Of a stretch of 64,000 nucleotides of DNA, positions 1-9,859 are shown one piece after another. Location of the stretch: assembly GCA_963727895.1 (NCBI GenBank), contig CAVSHT010000004.1, positions 427,473-491,472 on the forward strand, written 5' to 3'. The stretch comes from an uncultured Methanosarcinaceae archaeon. Its GTDB lineage: Archaea; Halobacteriota; Methanosarcinia; Methanosarcinales; Methanosarcinaceae. The notes beneath the pieces were generated by a model that was not told the DNA's origin, did no database searches, and saw only the letters and a list, made by a program, of their open reading frames with translations. Made by a program: the position numbers and the translations under genes. How positions within the stretch are numbered: position 1 is the stretch's first letter; the number at the start of each line of letters is the position of its first letter.

Positions 1-395
1 GAAGGGTAGTTCTTGGGGCAGTTTGCGATAGGATAGGTTTAAAAAAGACAATGACTATAATCAATGCAACTTATATCACAGCTATAGTGATATTAATCGC
101 TGCAGCCGTTTCAAAGAACATTTCTCTTCTTCTTCTAGGATTTGCGCTTACAGGTCTTTCTTATGGTGGAGTTCCCACAATGAATACCGTTTTTGCAAGT
201 GTCTTTTATGGGAAAAAATATTTTGCCCAGAATTTGGGGATAGTAAATACCAGCCTTATTGGTGCTGCACTTATTGGTCCTTATGTAGCTGGTACGCTCC
301 GTACCGCTACAGGTTCATATTTATCAACCCTCTATGCTATGGCCGTTCTCGCAGTCGTCGCCTTTATTGCAAACGTTCTTATCAAAAGGCCTTAA
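1..395 (+). CDS. MFS transporter, C-terminal part (OFA/oxalate-formate antiporter-like); begins before the window
   Basis: Hydrophobic helices; GRVVLGAVCDRIG-type MFS loop motif at window start; ends ..YG.KYF..N.G and ..LIKRP. Confidence 0.75.
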   Translation, partial: RVVLGAVCDRIGLKKTMTIINATYITAIVILIAAAVSKNISLLLLGFALTGLSYGGVPTMNTVFASVFYGKKYFAQNLGIVNTSLIGAALIGPYVAGTLRTATGSYLSTLYAMAVLAVVAFIANVLIKRP

Positions 396-573
396 TTTTA
401 TATAAAAAATGCAAAGTGGAAACTTATCGAAACCTTAGGTTTCGGTTTCCTCTTTATATGTATCTATTTATATTTAATTTATTTTTTAATTTATATTTTA
501 AGATATTATTTTAATAGATGAGCTAGTTTTTTAAAATCTATAGTTCAATTAAAAATAAGCTCATAAAGAGTTA

Positions 574-1836
574 TCAATTGTTATCTTTTCTGACCGGCAG
601 AGTCTGCCCTCCATGAGGCATAAGGTGAATTTTTGCATCAGGATTTTCTGAGAGCACTTCAGATAAGGCATCTTCTACACTTGCCATCGGAGTAAAGAAT
701 GCATTTCTTGTTTGCTCGTCTGAAAGCTTTGAGACCAGATAAAGCTTAAATTTCTTTGAGGTTTTTGCAATGATTGCCGTTTTGTGCCCACCAAACTCAA
801 AACATTTTTTGAAACGTTCAATTGCATCATCAGGGCTCTGGCACTCTCTGTTCCAGCATTCATATACCTGATTTCCTATCCCTTCTGCACATTCGGCTAC
901 AAGGATAATGGAGCCTCCTTCTTTCACAGCCTGAGTTGCATTGTCAAGCGACTTATTTGCCTGGAAAAGATTGATATCTTTAGGGAAACCTCCACAGGAA
1001 ACGATTACAGCATCTGCAGGTTCTACGGGCACTTTGTACATAGAGTCAACAGCTTTTACGCCTTGCCTATGCGCCCCTATAAAATCCCCTGCAACAGCCG
1101 CAACAATCTCTTTTTTGCTATCAAGAACCACATTCAAGATAAAATCAAGACCGAGAATTTTTGCAGCTTCTTCCATATCCTGTCTGACAGGACCATCAAC
1201 CCTTCCGGAAACAGCTTTTTCATCAATCATCATTTTATGGTTTGTGATAACTGTTTCTCTCGAACTTACGCCGGGCAGAACTGACTTTGCTCCACCACTG
1301 TACCCTGCGTAGTAATGGAATTCGATGCTTCCGGTTCCTATGATAACATCGGAGTTGATTACTTCTTCAAAAACCTCAATTGGAGTTCCTCGAGATGTTA
1401 TACCGATACGCCTGCACCTCTGAGTATCATGCTGAATACACCTCCTTTTTTCGAAGATCTCATCTCCAACCAGTTTTCGGGATTCCTCTTCAGTCTGGTT
1501 TCTATGGAGTCCGAGAGCAAAGAAAATAGTGATGTTTTCGTCCTTTGCCCCTCCAAGATGAAGCTCTTCAAACAGAGGCAGGAGAAGCTTTGCAGTAGGA
1601 GTTGGCCGCGTAACATCGCTAACTATGATTGCAATCTTCGAATCAGGGTTTACAAATTCAGAAAGCCTTCGACTGTTTATGGGTTTTTCAAGGGCTTTTT
1701 TAATTAGAGAAAACCCATCTTCCTTTTTCTCAGGTTCTGAAGGCAGAATAATACTGGATACATTTTTTTCCGGAATTTCAAACTCAATTCCAGAGCTTCC
1801 AAGAGCAAGTGATATTATTTTTGTATTTGCAGTCAT
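574..1836 (-). CDS. larA: Nickel-pincer-dependent lactate racemase/epimerase (LarA family), paralog 1
   Basis: Motifs SDVTRPTP, ALGLHR, FHYYAGYSGGAKS, GGFPKDINLFQ, AECAEG. Confidence 0.9.
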   Translation of the reverse strand: MTANTKIISLALGSSGIEFEIPEKNVSSIILPSEPEKKEDGFSLIKKALEKPINSRRLSEFVNPDSKIAIIVSDVTRPTPTAKLLLPLFEELHLGGAKDENITIFFALGLHRNQTEEESRKLVGDEIFEKRRCIQHDTQRCRRIGITSRGTPIEVFEEVINSDVIIGTGSIEFHYYAGYSGGAKSVLPGVSSRETVITNHKMMIDEKAVSGRVDGPVRQDMEEAAKILGLDFILNVVLDSKKEIVAAVAGDFIGAHRQGVKAVDSMYKVPVEPADAVIVSCGGFPKDINLFQANKSLDNATQAVKEGGSIILVAECAEGIGNQVYECWNRECQSPDDAIERFKKCFEFGGHKTAIIAKTSKKFKLYLVSKLSDEQTRNAFFTPMASVEDALSEVLSENPDAKIHLMPHGGQTLPVRKDNN

Positions 1837-1979
1837 GTTTATGCCGACATTTTAATCCTGGGACTATTTTTCTTTATTTGTAAAATAATAAGAATAAACA
1901 AGTATAAAAAGAACTAGAAGGTGATTTTAAAGAAAAAGTAATAAAGGTAGTTAAAACCTTTTTCTTTGTATGTACTTCT

Positions 1980-3248
1980 TTATAGTTTTACAGGCAAGGT
2001 CCATCCACCATCTGGCATAATATGAATTTTAGCATCAGGATTTTCGGAAAGAACCTTTTCGAGAGCTTCATCTATGCTTTTTGCTGGAATAAAAAAAGCA
2101 TTTTTACTTTCGGTCTCTGGAAGCTTCGATACCAGATAAAGTTTGAATTCTTTTGCAGCCCTTCCAACGATAGCAGCTTTATGCCCGCCGAACTCAAAAC
2201 AATTTTTGAAACGTTCAATCGCATCTTCAGGATCTCTGCATTCTCTGCTCCAGCATTCGTAGACTTTGTTTCCTATTCCTTCGGCACATTCGGCTACAAG
2301 GACAATGGAACCTCCTCTTTTTACAGCAGCGGTGGCGTTTTCAAGGGATTTAGTTGCCTGATAAAGGTTTATATCCTTTGGAAAACCCCCACAGGAAACA
2401 ACTACAGCGTCTGCAGGTTCTACTGGAATCTTATACATGGAATCGACATACTCTGTCCCTTTCCTGTGAGCTTCAATAAAATTCCCTGCAACGGCTGCAA
2501 CTATCTCTTTTTTGTTGTTGATCACAACATTAAGGATAAAGTTAAGACCTGCAATTTTTGCAGCTTCTTCAATATTCTTTCTTGCCGGACTATCGACTCT
2601 ACCTGAGAGAGGATCACCTTCAAAGAGCTTGCTATAAGAGCTATGGAATGAAAGAATGGATTTCTCAGAACTAACCCCAGGAAGAATAGACTTTCCTCCT
2701 CCTCCATATCCCGCATAATAGTGAAATTCCACAGTACCTGTGCTTATGATGACATCGGAATCAATGACTTCTTCAAAAATCTCAACTGGAGTCCCAAAGC
2801 TAGTCTCTCCAAGCAATTTACACCTATTTCTGTCATGCTGGATGCACCTTATTTTTTCGAATATCTCATCTCCTACAATCTGGCGGCATTCTTCTTCAGT
2901 CTGTAAACGGTGAAGTCCGAGGGCAAAAACAATAGTAATATTCTTATTCTTTGCTCCTCCAAGATAAAGTTCTTCAAGCAGAAGAGGAAGAATTTTTGCA
3001 GTAGGAGTTGGCCGCGTAATATCACTTACGATAATTGCAATTTTTGAATTGGGGTTTACAATCTCAGAAAGCTGTCGGCTCTTGATGGGATTTTGAAGCG
3101 CTTTTCTCATCAGAGAAGACCCTTCTTCCTTTATTTCCAATTCGGAAGGTAAGATGATGCTGGATATGTTTTTCTCAGGAATATTCAGCTCAGAAATCCC
3201 GCTTCCAAACGCTAATGGAATCGTTTTTACATTCGTAGTCATGGTCAT
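1980..3248 (-). CDS. larA: LarA-family racemase/epimerase, paralog 2
   Basis: Same motifs (SDITRPTP, ALGLHR, FHYYAGYGGGGKS); clearly homologous to neighbour. Confidence 0.9.
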   Translation of the reverse strand: MTMTTNVKTIPLAFGSGISELNIPEKNISSIILPSELEIKEEGSSLMRKALQNPIKSRQLSEIVNPNSKIAIIVSDITRPTPTAKILPLLLEELYLGGAKNKNITIVFALGLHRLQTEEECRQIVGDEIFEKIRCIQHDRNRCKLLGETSFGTPVEIFEEVIDSDVIISTGTVEFHYYAGYGGGGKSILPGVSSEKSILSFHSSYSKLFEGDPLSGRVDSPARKNIEEAAKIAGLNFILNVVINNKKEIVAAVAGNFIEAHRKGTEYVDSMYKIPVEPADAVVVSCGGFPKDINLYQATKSLENATAAVKRGGSIVLVAECAEGIGNKVYECWSRECRDPEDAIERFKNCFEFGGHKAAIVGRAAKEFKLYLVSKLPETESKNAFFIPAKSIDEALEKVLSENPDAKIHIMPDGGWTLPVKL

Positions 3249-3319
3249 TTCGCTGTCATAGTATTAATTGTATAAAATCGTATAGGTAAACAATAAAGAA
3301 TTCAATTATAAATATTTGT

Positions 3320-4135
3320 GGTTCCGTTGCAAAAAATCTTAGAATAAGCCTGTAAATCTATGAATAATGAATAAAAGTTAAAATATTCAAAAAGATATGT
3401 CAATATTATAGAACTATTCCAAATAATTGATTAATATATTTAGCTTCATTAAAGCCAGAGTAATTTAAGTTCTTGATTTGTCCTTTTTTAATCATATTCA
3501 TAGCTTCAATTCCTTTTAAAGTTTTAATGGCTGTATGAAAAGACTGAAATCCTAACATTGGATTAACTATTCGTTTAATGGATCTATGATCCTGTTCTAT
3601 AATGTTATTCAAATATTTGATTTGTCGAATGCCTACGTTTATAGGTAGTATTTTATCATTTTTCAGTTTATCTATAGCAGGTGGATAAGCTGGATTTTTG
3701 TCAACTGTGATTACTCTTGGAATTTGATTATGATTAGAGTTCAAAGCTTTCTTAAAGAAACGTTTTGCTGCTTTTTTATTTCGTTTTGCACTTAACATGA
3801 AATCAATTGTATCTCCATTTGAGTCAACTGCTCGGTAAAAATATTTCCATTCACCTTTAACTCTGATATAAGTTTCATCAACTCTCCAAGAGTCGTTTGT
3901 TGGTCTTAAATGCCTTCTGACCTTCTTTTCGATTTCAGGTGAATATTGATGTACCCATCTCATAATGGTTGTATGGTTGACTATTATCCCTCTTTCTGCC
4001 ATCATTTCCTTTAAACTTCTATAACTAAGTGGGTATTTTAAGTACCATCTAACATTCAATAAAATAATTTCACCAACAAAGTGCTTCCATTTAAAGGAAT
4101 TAGATAGCATATCACTATCTTTGATTTCATTTTTT
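3320..4135 (-). mobile_element. IS6-family element, left end removed by the adjacent IS1
   Basis: Terminal IR GGTTCCGTTGCAAA at 3320; near-identical to 61637-62493 up to 4135, where IS1 begins. Confidence 0.9.
3406..4110 (-). CDS. IS6-family DDE transposase
   Basis: FKWKHF, WRVDETYIRVKG, YLNNIIEQDHR; start set at MLSN by comparison with the second copy. Confidence 0.9.
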   Translation of the reverse strand: MLSNSFKWKHFVGEIILLNVRWYLKYPLSYRSLKEMMAERGIIVNHTTIMRWVHQYSPEIEKKVRRHLRPTNDSWRVDETYIRVKGEWKYFYRAVDSNGDTIDFMLSAKRNKKAAKRFFKKALNSNHNQIPRVITVDKNPAYPPAIDKLKNDKILPINVGIRQIKYLNNIIEQDHRSIKRIVNPMLGFQSFHTAIKTLKGIEAMNMIKKGQIKNLNYSGFNEAKYINQLFGIVL

Positions 4136-4874
4136 GGCATTGTTAATTAAACATAGTTAACTCTTTATTTCTGTATTTCATCAATAGAATAACCGAGTAC
4201 TTTAGCATTTCAAGACTTTTTTATAACACTTTGTCTTTCTTCTCAATCTTGCTAGAAAATGCCTCAATATGCTGTTATATCCCTCAACTGTAAATGTTTC
4301 TGCTTTTGATTGAGTATGGATCTTTTTTGGAATAAACTCTGCATATGCTCTCCAGTGATCTGTCATTACTTCTCCAATCTCTTTTTTCTTCACTTTTTCC
4401 CAGAGTAGTTTTCCAGTTTCTGTTCCTCTGCTACCAAAAGAGCAATTGATGAACTTTTTCCCAACTCTATCAACAGCAATCCAGATCCAGCAATATTTTT
4501 TTTGTTACCGATGTAAGTGTGCATTTCATCCATTTCAACAATAGATATCTCATTTTCACTTTTTAGGTCCTCTAACTCCTGACCAAATTTCTTTATCCAT
4601 CTTTGGACAGAAACATGACTCACCCCTAAAAATCGTCCTATTGAACGAAAGCCCAATCCTTCAAGATAGAGTTGTAAAGCCTGTCTTTTTACAAAAGCGG
4701 AAAAAGCAGTTGATTTTAGCTCTACTGTATAGTTATAGCCACAATCAGAGCATTTGTACCGTTGACGCCCGCCAACTATACCGTTCTTTTTGTGACTGGA
4801 ACTATTGCATCTGGGGCAGTTCATGAAGAAATATACTTTCTAATAGTATATAACTATGTTTAAGTATCAAAGCC
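4136..4874 (-). mobile_element. IS1-family element (InsA/InsB-type with A8 frameshift site); 3' frameshift
   Basis: IRs GGCATTGTT../..TATCAAAGCC; CPRC..C..C zinc ribbon plus HTH ORF 4390-4824 and DDE part 4202-4393; no target duplication visible. Confidence 0.9.
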
Positions 4875-4911
4875 AAAATTTAATATTCTGTAAATTTCCT
4901 TAATCTATTTC

Positions 4912-5633
4912 ATGTATAGTGGGTTGAAGAGAGATGTAATAAGACTTCAAAATATACTGGTTTCGCGCGCAACTGGTCGTATAGATCCCGATGAAAATAA
5001 GTTTCAAGAACTCAGAAAAAAAATAATTTTGCAAAAAGAATTTGATGACTATATCCCTGATTTTATTGTTAGTTGTAGGACTTTAGATCAATTCTGGTAT
5101 TATATAAAACCTAAATTCAGTCATTATGATGAGCGTCAAAAATATTTGCAGGATGAATTCAATCCTCTTTTAAGTTACATTGAGGAAAAGCAGCGTTCTA
5201 GAGCACAAGAACAGCTATTTGAATATGATGTGGCTCTCTCTTTTGCAGGTGAAGAAAGAATATACGTTGAAAAAGTTGCTAAATACCTTAAAGATAATGG
5301 TGTCAAAGTTTTCTATGATAAGAATGAAGAGGAACAAGCAAAGCTATGGGGCGTGGATTTAACTGAATACTTATATAGAATTTATGCAAAGGAAGCTCTC
5401 TACTGTGTGATGTTCATATCAAAAAATTACTCTGACAAAATATGGACTAGACATGAAAAAAGAAGTGCTTTAGAAAGAGTAATTAAAGAAAAACGAGAAT
5501 ATATATTGCCTGCGCGTTCTGATGATATAGAAATAGAAGGATTACCATCGACTCTTGGATATATTGACTTAAGAGTAAAAACACCTGAAGAGTAGGGAAA
5601 ATAATTCTAATAAAACTACGAAATCACAGTTAA
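4912..5633 (+). CDS. TIR-domain protein with N-terminal helical domain (probable antiviral defence); likely 1-nt frameshift in the last codons
   Basis: YDVALSFAGE..VFYD..FISKNY..WTRHE TIR motifs. ORF stops at TAG 5593-5595; a shifted frame continues GKIILIKLRNHS to TAA at 5633. Confidence 0.8.
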
Positions 5634-5759
5634 AAACTCTAAGTAAAATAATGAAAGATGAAAAACTAGCTACTGACTATATAGATACAAAAGCACCATA
5701 AGAACACAAGTTTATAAAAGTTCTCTTGAGCTTAATTCAGCATCTTTTTTATAAATTCG

Positions 5760-5865
5760 TCCGCTTGAACGAGCAAAGCGAGTGAAACGGACAGCGCACT
5801 GCAGAGCCGCAACTCTGCCGAAAAGTGCACCGTCCTCCCGAGACGGGACTCGGGCGATGGAAACG
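5760..5865. repeat. REP-like palindromic element, copy A
   Basis: CGTCCTCCCGAGACGGGACTCGGG at 5831-5854, shared with 8433-8456 and (reverse complement) 12605-12628. Confidence 0.8.
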
Positions 5866-5871
5866 CAGCTT

Positions 5872-6855
5872 TTAACTCTCATCGTGAGTTTCTCTACGTT
5901 CTTCTATGAAATTAAGGAGTTCCTGAGAATCACTTATTTTGTCAAGTTCCTTTTTCTCGATCATAACCGTGTTTTCTACGGATTTTATTTTAGAGTGTCC
6001 ATTGATTATAAATACAGATTGGGTCTCTGTTATGCAGGAGATACTGCTCATCAAATGAGCCCTTTTGACCACGGTCGTATTGAATTCACTGACTCCTGTA
6101 AGGATAACTGAGGATTTATCCCGTGAAATAGCCTTGAAAGGAGCCTGTAAAGTAGGAAGTACGTCATAACCAAGCATGGAAATGGTATTGAGGATCAAAT
6201 CTTCCGGCAAGAGCGTACAGGTTTTTTTCTGGTTTTCAGCTTCGGATTCTGCCTTTTTCCGGGGTTTTCGGCTGCCACAGGATTTCAAGATATCAATAGG
6301 TTTTGCTAGTTCAACTCCAAAGATGTCTTCAAGCTGGATTACAACGTCTATCGATGCATCCATACCTTCTTCTTCATACTTGCTAATTGTTCTCCTTGAA
6401 ACTCCTACCATTGAAGCAAGAGTACCAAGAGACATTGACTGATCCATCCGGGATTTTTTTAGAATTTCTCCTTCTATTGAGATATATAGCCCACCTGGAG
6501 CTGCTGATACCAGAGGAGGAACATTTTCAATAAAGTAGTCATAGAGAGTCTGCACGTTCAGGGCCAGAATATCATAACGCATATATACAACGCTATCTTC
6601 AAGCATCTGATCTCTGGTTTTTGCCCCCACGACAATGGCAGAACCTCCAAGATATTCGGCCAGATACTTCATTTCCCTGGCAGTTTCTTCATTCAAGCCG
6701 TCAATATTAAATAAAACCTTGCAAAGTAATAATGTTTCATTTTTCCGTGCTGCAACGTCAAAACTCCTCGGACGAATATTGCAGCGATCAGAAAGTGCAA
6801 AACCTGCACGTGCCAATACATCAATAATTTGATGTATAAGAACTTCTTTTGTCAT
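5872..6855 (-). CDS. Archaeal Cro/C1-type HTH transcriptional regulator (MJ1164-like)
   Basis: RSFDVAAR..KVL.NID, central HTH SLGTLASMVGVSRRTISKYEE; divergent from tiaS. Confidence 0.85.
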   Translation of the reverse strand: MTKEVLIHQIIDVLARAGFALSDRCNIRPRSFDVAARKNETLLLCKVLFNIDGLNEETAREMKYLAEYLGGSAIVVGAKTRDQMLEDSVVYMRYDILALNVQTLYDYFIENVPPLVSAAPGGLYISIEGEILKKSRMDQSMSLGTLASMVGVSRRTISKYEEEGMDASIDVVIQLEDIFGVELAKPIDILKSCGSRKPRKKAESEAENQKKTCTLLPEDLILNTISMLGYDVLPTLQAPFKAISRDKSSVILTGVSEFNTTVVKRAHLMSSISCITETQSVFIINGHSKIKSVENTVMIEKKELDKISDSQELLNFIEERRETHDES

Positions 6856-7005
6856 TCCAGTATTAATTTCTGTTTGAACATCTATATATATGTTTCTTCA
6901 CTTTTGACAATCCAAAAGTGTAAAAATACGTCGGAGAATAGCGAAAAATGTAATTATATGAAAATACATCTGGGAAATTAAAAAGCAATAACTGGAATCG
7001 AAAAA

Positions 7006-8292
7006 ATGATTATTGGAATCGATGATACGGATTCAAACGAAGGAATGTGTACGACATATCTGGGAGCTCTGCTGCTGGAAGAACTTCAAGTCTATGGAAA
7101 AGTGAAAACTCTTCCACTCCTTATACGCCTTAATCCTACAATTCCCTACAAAACAAGAGGAAATGCTTCAGTAGCACTGAAACTCAAGACTAACTACCCA
7201 GAAAAAGTAATTGATCACGTTGTGTCCAGAATAGAAAAATTTGCACGTATGGAGTGCGAAAAAACCAATCCTGGCACGGTTTTTATCCTGGAAAATGATT
7301 ACGAGAAACTCAAACCTATCCTTATGAGCTTTCTGGAAAAAGCAGTAAGGGATGTGATCGAAATAGAGGAGGCAAAAAACCTTATCTCAAAATATGGAAT
7401 TTCCTCAAGAGGATTCAAAAACGGAAGGGGATTAATAGGTGCCCTTGCAGCTTGTGGAGCCATGCTTAACTCCGAAAAATGGGATCATACTTTCGAATAC
7501 CTGGCATACCGTCAAAAGGAAAAATGGGGAACCCTTCGCGAGATTGAAAAAGGAAGCTTCTTTGAAGCTGACAGAGAGACTTATCCAGAAACCTGGGACA
7601 CAGTGGATCTCAAAAATAGACTCATTGTTTGTGTACCTCATTCTGCCGATCCTGTGCTTTTCGGGATCAGAGGAAAAAATCCGGCAATAGTTACTAAAGC
7701 TGCATCCTTGATAAGCACTGAGCCTATTGAACGCTTTGCCATATACAAAACTAATCAGGGTACTGATATGCACCTGCTTTCTGCAGAAAGTCTTGCAGAA
7801 ATAAAGGATATGCACTCTTACAAGCTAGAAGGCACAGTCTCAGCAATTCCAGAAACCATTAACGGAGGACATGTTATATTTTTCATCCAAGATCAGGAAG
7901 GAAACAAAATTGACTGTGCAGCCTTCGAACCCACAAAGAACTTTCGGCTGCTTATAAGGAAACTGAGAACAGGAGATAGAGTTATACTATCTGGAAGTGT
8001 AAATTCCCAAACATTAAACATTGAAAAAATAGAGATCAAAAATCTTGTAACTCTTTACAGAGAAGAAAACCCGGTATGTCCTACCTGTAGAAAACATATG
8101 AAATCATCAGGTCAATCCCAGGGCTTCCGCTGTAAAAAATGTGGAACCCAAGCCACCTCAAAAATAAGATCTGAAATAAAAAGAAACCTTACAGCAGGAT
8201 TATATGAAGTCCCTCCCTGCGCCCGCAGACATCTTGCAAAACCCCTAGTAAGAGAACAAAGATCTGATATAGAGATTCACCCTTCTCGCTAA
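7006..8292 (+). CDS. tiaS: tRNA(Ile2) agmatinylcytidine synthetase
   Basis: IGIDDTDS..GMCTTY, RLNPTIPYKTRGN, OB-fold AAFEPTK, zinc ribbon CPTC..CKKC, RRHLAKP. Confidence 0.95.
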   Translation: MIIGIDDTDSNEGMCTTYLGALLLEELQVYGKVKTLPLLIRLNPTIPYKTRGNASVALKLKTNYPEKVIDHVVSRIEKFARMECEKTNPGTVFILENDYEKLKPILMSFLEKAVRDVIEIEEAKNLISKYGISSRGFKNGRGLIGALAACGAMLNSEKWDHTFEYLAYRQKEKWGTLREIEKGSFFEADRETYPETWDTVDLKNRLIVCVPHSADPVLFGIRGKNPAIVTKAASLISTEPIERFAIYKTNQGTDMHLLSAESLAEIKDMHSYKLEGTVSAIPETINGGHVIFFIQDQEGNKIDCAAFEPTKNFRLLIRKLRTGDRVILSGSVNSQTLNIEKIEIKNLVTLYREENPVCPTCRKHMKSSGQSQGFRCKKCGTQATSKIRSEIKRNLTAGLYEVPPCARRHLAKPLVREQRSDIEIHPSR

Positions 8293-8393
8293 AGAAAATT
8301 CACGTGAGCAAAGAAAAAATGAAGCTTGTTTCCAACTCAGAATTCGTATAAATTATGCATTTCAATGTTGGAAAACAATTCCTTTTACCCCTA

Positions 8394-8480
8394 TTCAGCT
8401 CTCTTGAGCGAACAAAGTGAGCGAAAAGGGCACGTCCTCCCGAGACGGGACTCGGGTGATGGAACTCGGGTGACGGAACT
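8394..8480. repeat. REP-like palindromic element, copy B
   Basis: CTCTTGAGCGAA..GCGAAAAGGG module plus the 24-bp core at 8433-8456. Confidence 0.8.
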
Positions 8481-8502
8481 ATAGAGAATGAATTAAGGAA
8501 GT

Positions 8503-9270
8503 TCAAATGGATGGTGCAGGAGGAGCATATCTTTTATGCTTGCTTCTCTCTATACGGCTCATAACTGAGTTCATCTGTTCTGCAGAAATCCCGAGAGTTT
8601 TCATAATAGTTTCGGGATCTTCTTTCTGTTCAAGCTTTTTGAGTACTTCGTCTACTTTTAAGTAAGAGATTCCAAGTTCAGCTTCATCTGTCTGACCTGC
8701 CCAAAGGCCTGCTGAGGGTTTTTTCGTGATAAGAGTCTCCGGAACCCCAAGCATGCGTGAGAGTTCCCATACCTCGGTCTTGTAAAGCCCCCCAATAGGT
8801 TCGATATCAACGCCTCCATCTCCATATTTAGTGAAATAACCAAGCAAGAGCTCAGTTTTATTACCGGTTCCTATAACCATACGATTCATCTGGTTTGCGT
8901 GGAAATAGAGAAGAGACATTCTGATTCTTGCCTTCAGGTTACCCATAGTGAGTCTGTCTGCAGATTCTTTTTCCGGAACTGCAGACATGAAAACCGAAAT
9001 AATTCCTGAAATATCAATAGTCTTAAATTCGATTCCCAGCCAGTCTGCAAGAGCTTTTGCATCGTTGCTATCTTCAGAAAGAGTAAGCCCAGATTCCGGC
9101 ATGTGAATTCCAAGCACTTTATCCCTTCCCAGAGCTTCTACTGTGAGAGTTGCGGCAAGGGCTGAGTCTACTCCTCCGCTTATACCTACAACAGCTCCAT
9201 TTACACCTGCTTTAAGGGTTTCGTTCCTAATAAAATCAATAATTCTGTTCTTCGTGATTTCAAGGCTCAT
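8503..9270 (-). CDS. nadE: NH3-dependent NAD+ synthetase
   Basis: GISGGVDS, NLKARIRM, GTGNKTE, GYFTKYGDG, PSAGLW..QTDE; start moved to MSLEITKNR. Confidence 0.95.
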   Translation of the reverse strand: MSLEITKNRIIDFIRNETLKAGVNGAVVGISGGVDSALAATLTVEALGRDKVLGIHMPESGLTLSEDSNDAKALADWLGIEFKTIDISGIISVFMSAVPEKESADRLTMGNLKARIRMSLLYFHANQMNRMVIGTGNKTELLLGYFTKYGDGGVDIEPIGGLYKTEVWELSRMLGVPETLITKKPSAGLWAGQTDEAELGISYLKVDEVLKKLEQKEDPETIMKTLGISAEQMNSVMSRIERSKHKRYAPPAPSI

Positions 9271-9859
9271 AATATCAGTTCCTAGGTACCCGTAAGGATA
9301 TAATTCAAAATGACCTGAAAAACCTGAATTCAGGATAGAATTCAAGATCATAAAGATAGGAAATTCAAAAGATATCAAGTTTAAGTGATTATTTTGAGGA
9401 TTAAATAATTTTATACACAGAAGTTAGAGATATATAAATATTCAGAGGAAATACGGAGTTGTGGTAAACTTATTTAATAAATGGAAGATATAGGGAGTAA
9501 GATATGTCTGGTAATATAATATAAATAAATAATTATTAAATACACTCTAACCAATAACGAATTATCAAATATGCCTTTAACCGACAAATTATTATCAGGA
9601 CAATGCTACAGTTATAAAGGGGTTTCTTTGGATCGGAAAACTGAATAGAATATTCAAGGCGTAGCAGTTCCATTACAAACTCTCATGGATGAAAATCTAC
9701 CTGATCAAAGGTATTGAAATAAAAAGACATCTAATATAGAAAACAGGTAGTTCCATAATATGTATTCCGGAAAAACCGGAAAGAGACGTTGCCTGTTTAT
9801 GTTATGTAATTATTAAATAAAGGTTACAATCAAAAAGACAACTATTTTCGGGATGATCT

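Noticed and set aside
675..2906. Antisense and alternative-frame ORFs over larA, and similar ones over cdc48, hdrA and moxR
   Set aside because: Shadow ORFs of well-supported genes with no motifs
5593..5595. Pyrrolysine read-through of the TIR gene TAG
   Set aside because: In-frame TAA follows after two codons; a 1-nt deletion explains the C-terminus better
5782..6111. 109-aa ORF, and likewise 8300-8506 and 59510-59761
   Set aside because: Frames run through REP-like repeats or antisense to real genes
7006..8292. Functional link between tiaS and the tRNA-Ile genes in this window
   Set aside because: TiaS modifies the CAT-anticodon tRNA; these have GAT
9271..9378. N-terminal extension of nadE in the ORF track
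   Set aside because: NadE-like sequence starts at MSLEITKNR; the extension has no recognisable features
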